Of a DNA stretch of 37,400 bases, positions 35,577 through 37,400 are shown one piece after another. The position numbers and the translations under genes were made by a program. Within the stretch, counting starts at the first letter, position 1. Each line of letters begins with the position of its first letter. The notes beneath the pieces were generated by a model that saw only the letters and a program-made list of their open reading frames with translations, was not told where the DNA came from and did no database searches. Source of the DNA: a virus (taxonomy: Duplodnaviria; Caudoviricetes); the IMG/VR virus record IMGVR_UViG_3300040734_000039, positions 1 through 37,400 of that record. One strand, given 5' to 3'.

Positions 35577-35981
35577 TTAACTAAGTTTCTTCGGCCTGCC
35601 GCCCTTTTTACCATTCTCGCGGCTGGACGCCGCCTTTTTATCAGACCTACGTGACCCGGCACGGCGAAGGTGCTCGCGCAACGGCATTGATGCCCAGGAT
35701 GTTCCCATTTCGTCAACTTCAACGGAGGGCGTTTCCTCGTCCATATGGTCAGCCATTTGCATCGCGGCGACAATCAACTCCTCGGCAATTGGCTCATGTT
35801 CGTATGTGCCAAGCCACTCTTGCGCGGACAAGCCAATCACTGCACGTAAATCAACTTCATGATCTGGATCAACGCCTGTCAAAACAACTATGCGGTCTGC
35901 AAGCTGAGTGCCTGGAATATCAGCAACCAGGGCAGATAATATCTTTTTCGTCGTTGGCGTGAGTTTCATTAGTTTACCCAT
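35577..35981 (-). CDS. Acidic protein with a basic C-terminal KKAASSRENGKKGGRP motif (probable DNA-binding)
   Basis: Motif seen directly; start overlaps the upstream gene end. Confidence 0.7.
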   Translation of the reverse strand: MGKLMKLTPTTKKILSALVADIPGTQLADRIVVLTGVDPDHEVDLRAVIGLSAQEWLGTYEHEPIAEELIVAAMQMADHMDEETPSVEVDEMGTSWASMPLREHLRRAGSRRSDKKAASSRENGKKGGRPKKLS

Positions 35982-36174
35982 TCACATAGGAAACGATTTG
36001 CTCGGCAGATTGTTCAATGTCAAGCCGAGTTGGTTGGTAACCGCCCGGGTTTTCAATAAAGAACCGGGTCAGATTTTTAGATATTTGCTGAACCGATTGA
36101 CCGCGCCATTCAGAGAAAAGGTCGCCTCGAGTTACACCTGCTTTTTCAAGAATTCGCCACGTCATGTTGTCCAT
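35974..36174 (-). CDS. Small hypothetical protein (66 aa)
   Basis: AAGGAG RBS before ATG 36174, directly downstream of a consensus promoter. Confidence 0.7.
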   Translation of the reverse strand: MDNMTWRILEKAGVTRGDLFSEWRGQSVQQISKNLTRFFIENPGGYQPTRLDIEQSAEQIVSYVNG

Positions 36175-36201
36175 CGCTGTCTCCTTGTGTTTGTTGACGT
36201 C

Positions 36202-36230
36202 ATTATATCCTAACATGTCAGGTTTGTCAA
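36202..36230 (-). promoter_or_regulatory. Perfect-consensus sigma70 promoter with a palindromic operator in the spacer
   Basis: TTGACA-N17-TATAAT; CCTGACATGTTAGG (36209-36222) is a 14-bp palindrome with one mismatched pair. Confidence 0.88.
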
Positions 36231-36239
36231 TAGGCAAAT

Positions 36240-37166
36240 TTACAGGCGCATATTCTCCACCGGGCTTGCAAGGCGGTGTTTCGTCTCGAAATCAATTTGT
36301 GAAAGCTTCAAATAAGTCTGAACCATCTCCATCGTTGAGTGGCCGAGAATTACCTGCAGGGTGTATGGATCCCCTCCGTTCCTGAGGTAGTTGACAGCAA
36401 AAGTGTGACGGAAGCGGTGTGGATGAACACCCTCCACCCCTGCCCTTTTACCCAGGGCGGTGAGCATGTGCAGGATATCGGTACGATCCAGCTCTCCACC
36501 ATCCTGGCTCAAGAAAACATTTTCATAGACCGAATCTGTTTGCCTGACGGTCAAGTAACGAAACAGCGATTTACCTGTGCGAGCCGAAAACGGAATGTAC
36601 CGCTCCTTCTCACCCTTCCCAATCACCTGAATGCCGCGGTTGCGTAGGTCGAGTTTGCGCATGGTCAGCGTGCAAAGCTCGGTCACCCGGATGCCAGTAT
36701 CCAATAACATGAAAATGATAGCCTCGTTTCGTTCGTGGTTCGGAAGCGTATGCTTGATTTGGATCGTCGTTCCGCGGCGGTATGAGCGCGAGGATCCAAG
36801 CGACGAGAGCAAGGAGCGGATATCATCATCCGAGAACGGGGTAATGACGCGCCGCTCGGGTTTTGGAGGCGTGACAGCCCTGACCACATGTACTGATGCA
36901 AAGCCCTCTTGGATCGCCCAAGTCCATAACGCAGACAAACCCACATAATAATTGAGAAGAGTCTTTTTTGAAATTCCGTTATGGCTGTCCAGAAACGCCC
37001 GGATATCATCCGGCTTGATATCCTTGACAAGGCGGTCGGTTTTCATCCACGCCTGAAACTTGTGGAAGGTCGTGAAGTAATCCATGCGCGTGTGCTCCGA
37101 GAGGCGCCGGGCGCGCGATGCCAAATCATATCCAACGAGGGCTTGCGAAAAACTAATGGGTTTCAT
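36240..37166 (-). CDS. int: Tyrosine integrase (no arm-binding domain apparent)
   Basis: LDTGIRVTEL, GKG, HRFRH, LGH, VQTY; adjacent to att; 308 aa. Confidence 0.95.
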   Translation of the reverse strand: MKPISFSQALVGYDLASRARRLSEHTRMDYFTTFHKFQAWMKTDRLVKDIKPDDIRAFLDSHNGISKKTLLNYYVGLSALWTWAIQEGFASVHVVRAVTPPKPERRVITPFSDDDIRSLLSSLGSSRSYRRGTTIQIKHTLPNHERNEAIIFMLLDTGIRVTELCTLTMRKLDLRNRGIQVIGKGEKERYIPFSARTGKSLFRYLTVRQTDSVYENVFLSQDGGELDRTDILHMLTALGKRAGVEGVHPHRFRHTFAVNYLRNGGDPYTLQVILGHSTMEMVQTYLKLSQIDFETKHRLASPVENMRL

Positions 37167-37269
37167 GATATGTGACCTCCGGCAGGTGGTGAGTGGTTGC
37201 TAATAAGAAAGGCGAGGGGGGTATAACAAAAACAAACAGCCTTTTTTTATACAAAAGGCTGCACAAGGA

Positions 37270-37400
37270 AAAGTAGATATGAGTACTGCGGTAAAGCTTA
37301 TTTTGGAATTTTGTTCACCGCAGGTCGCACGGTGACGAAAAATGTCGAACCGTGCGACCGCTGGTGAGGTTTGTCGGGGCGGGCGGATTTGGACCGCCGA
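37270..37400. repeat. Right attachment site (truncated by the window end)
   Basis: 126/131 identity to 1913-2043. Looser similarity extends leftwards (cagcct...aggctg hairpin at about 37237 versus 1884). Confidence 0.93.
37374..37400 (-). tRNA. 3' end of the presumed restored tRNA-Pro(CGG), partial
   Basis: T-arm and acceptor strand are visible; the remainder lies outside the window, so intactness is inferred. Confidence 0.6.

Larger units (their letters stand above)
1913..37400. mobile_element. Temperate siphovirus-like prophage (HK97-type head) integrated at tRNA-Pro(CGG)
   Basis: Bounded by direct repeats offset by 35,357 bp. Integrase, cI/cro, replication, packaging, head, tail and lysis genes are all present, with no obvious disruptive frameshifts. 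Confidence 0.95.

Overview
The window holds an apparently complete temperate siphovirus-like prophage of about 35.36 kb, integrated in the anticodon loop of a minus-strand tRNA-Pro(CGG) gene. The att repeats are at 1913-2060 and 37270-37400+, and the right copy runs off the window edge. Gene order is: AT-rich cargo block (DUF3892, methyltransferase-endonuclease fusion, DUF6575-like/ART-like pair, membrane protein); cI/cro switch; small early genes; a second, internal tyrosine recombinase; replication genes (initiator, SSB, RusA); late promoter and terminator; holin; HNH/terminases; HK97-type head; non-contractile tail; GH25 endolysin; phosphoesterase; a second cargo block (DUF3467-HicB-like-HicA-like operon and an acr-aca-like operon); integrase. 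Left of the prophage (1-1910) lies what looks like a deleted relic of a related element, retaining only a TcmP + DUF5131 gene pair. The best candidates for new biology are: (1) the three-gene DUF3467-HicB-HicA module; (2) the coupled ART-like/DUF6575-like pair; (3) a LexA-box-like promoter firing antisense into a repressor that has no autocleavage domain; (4) att accessory sites that copy the core half-site at a spacing one helical turn longer. All family calls come from motif recognition by eye; no searches were run. A Chloroflexota/Anaerolineae-like host is only a guess.
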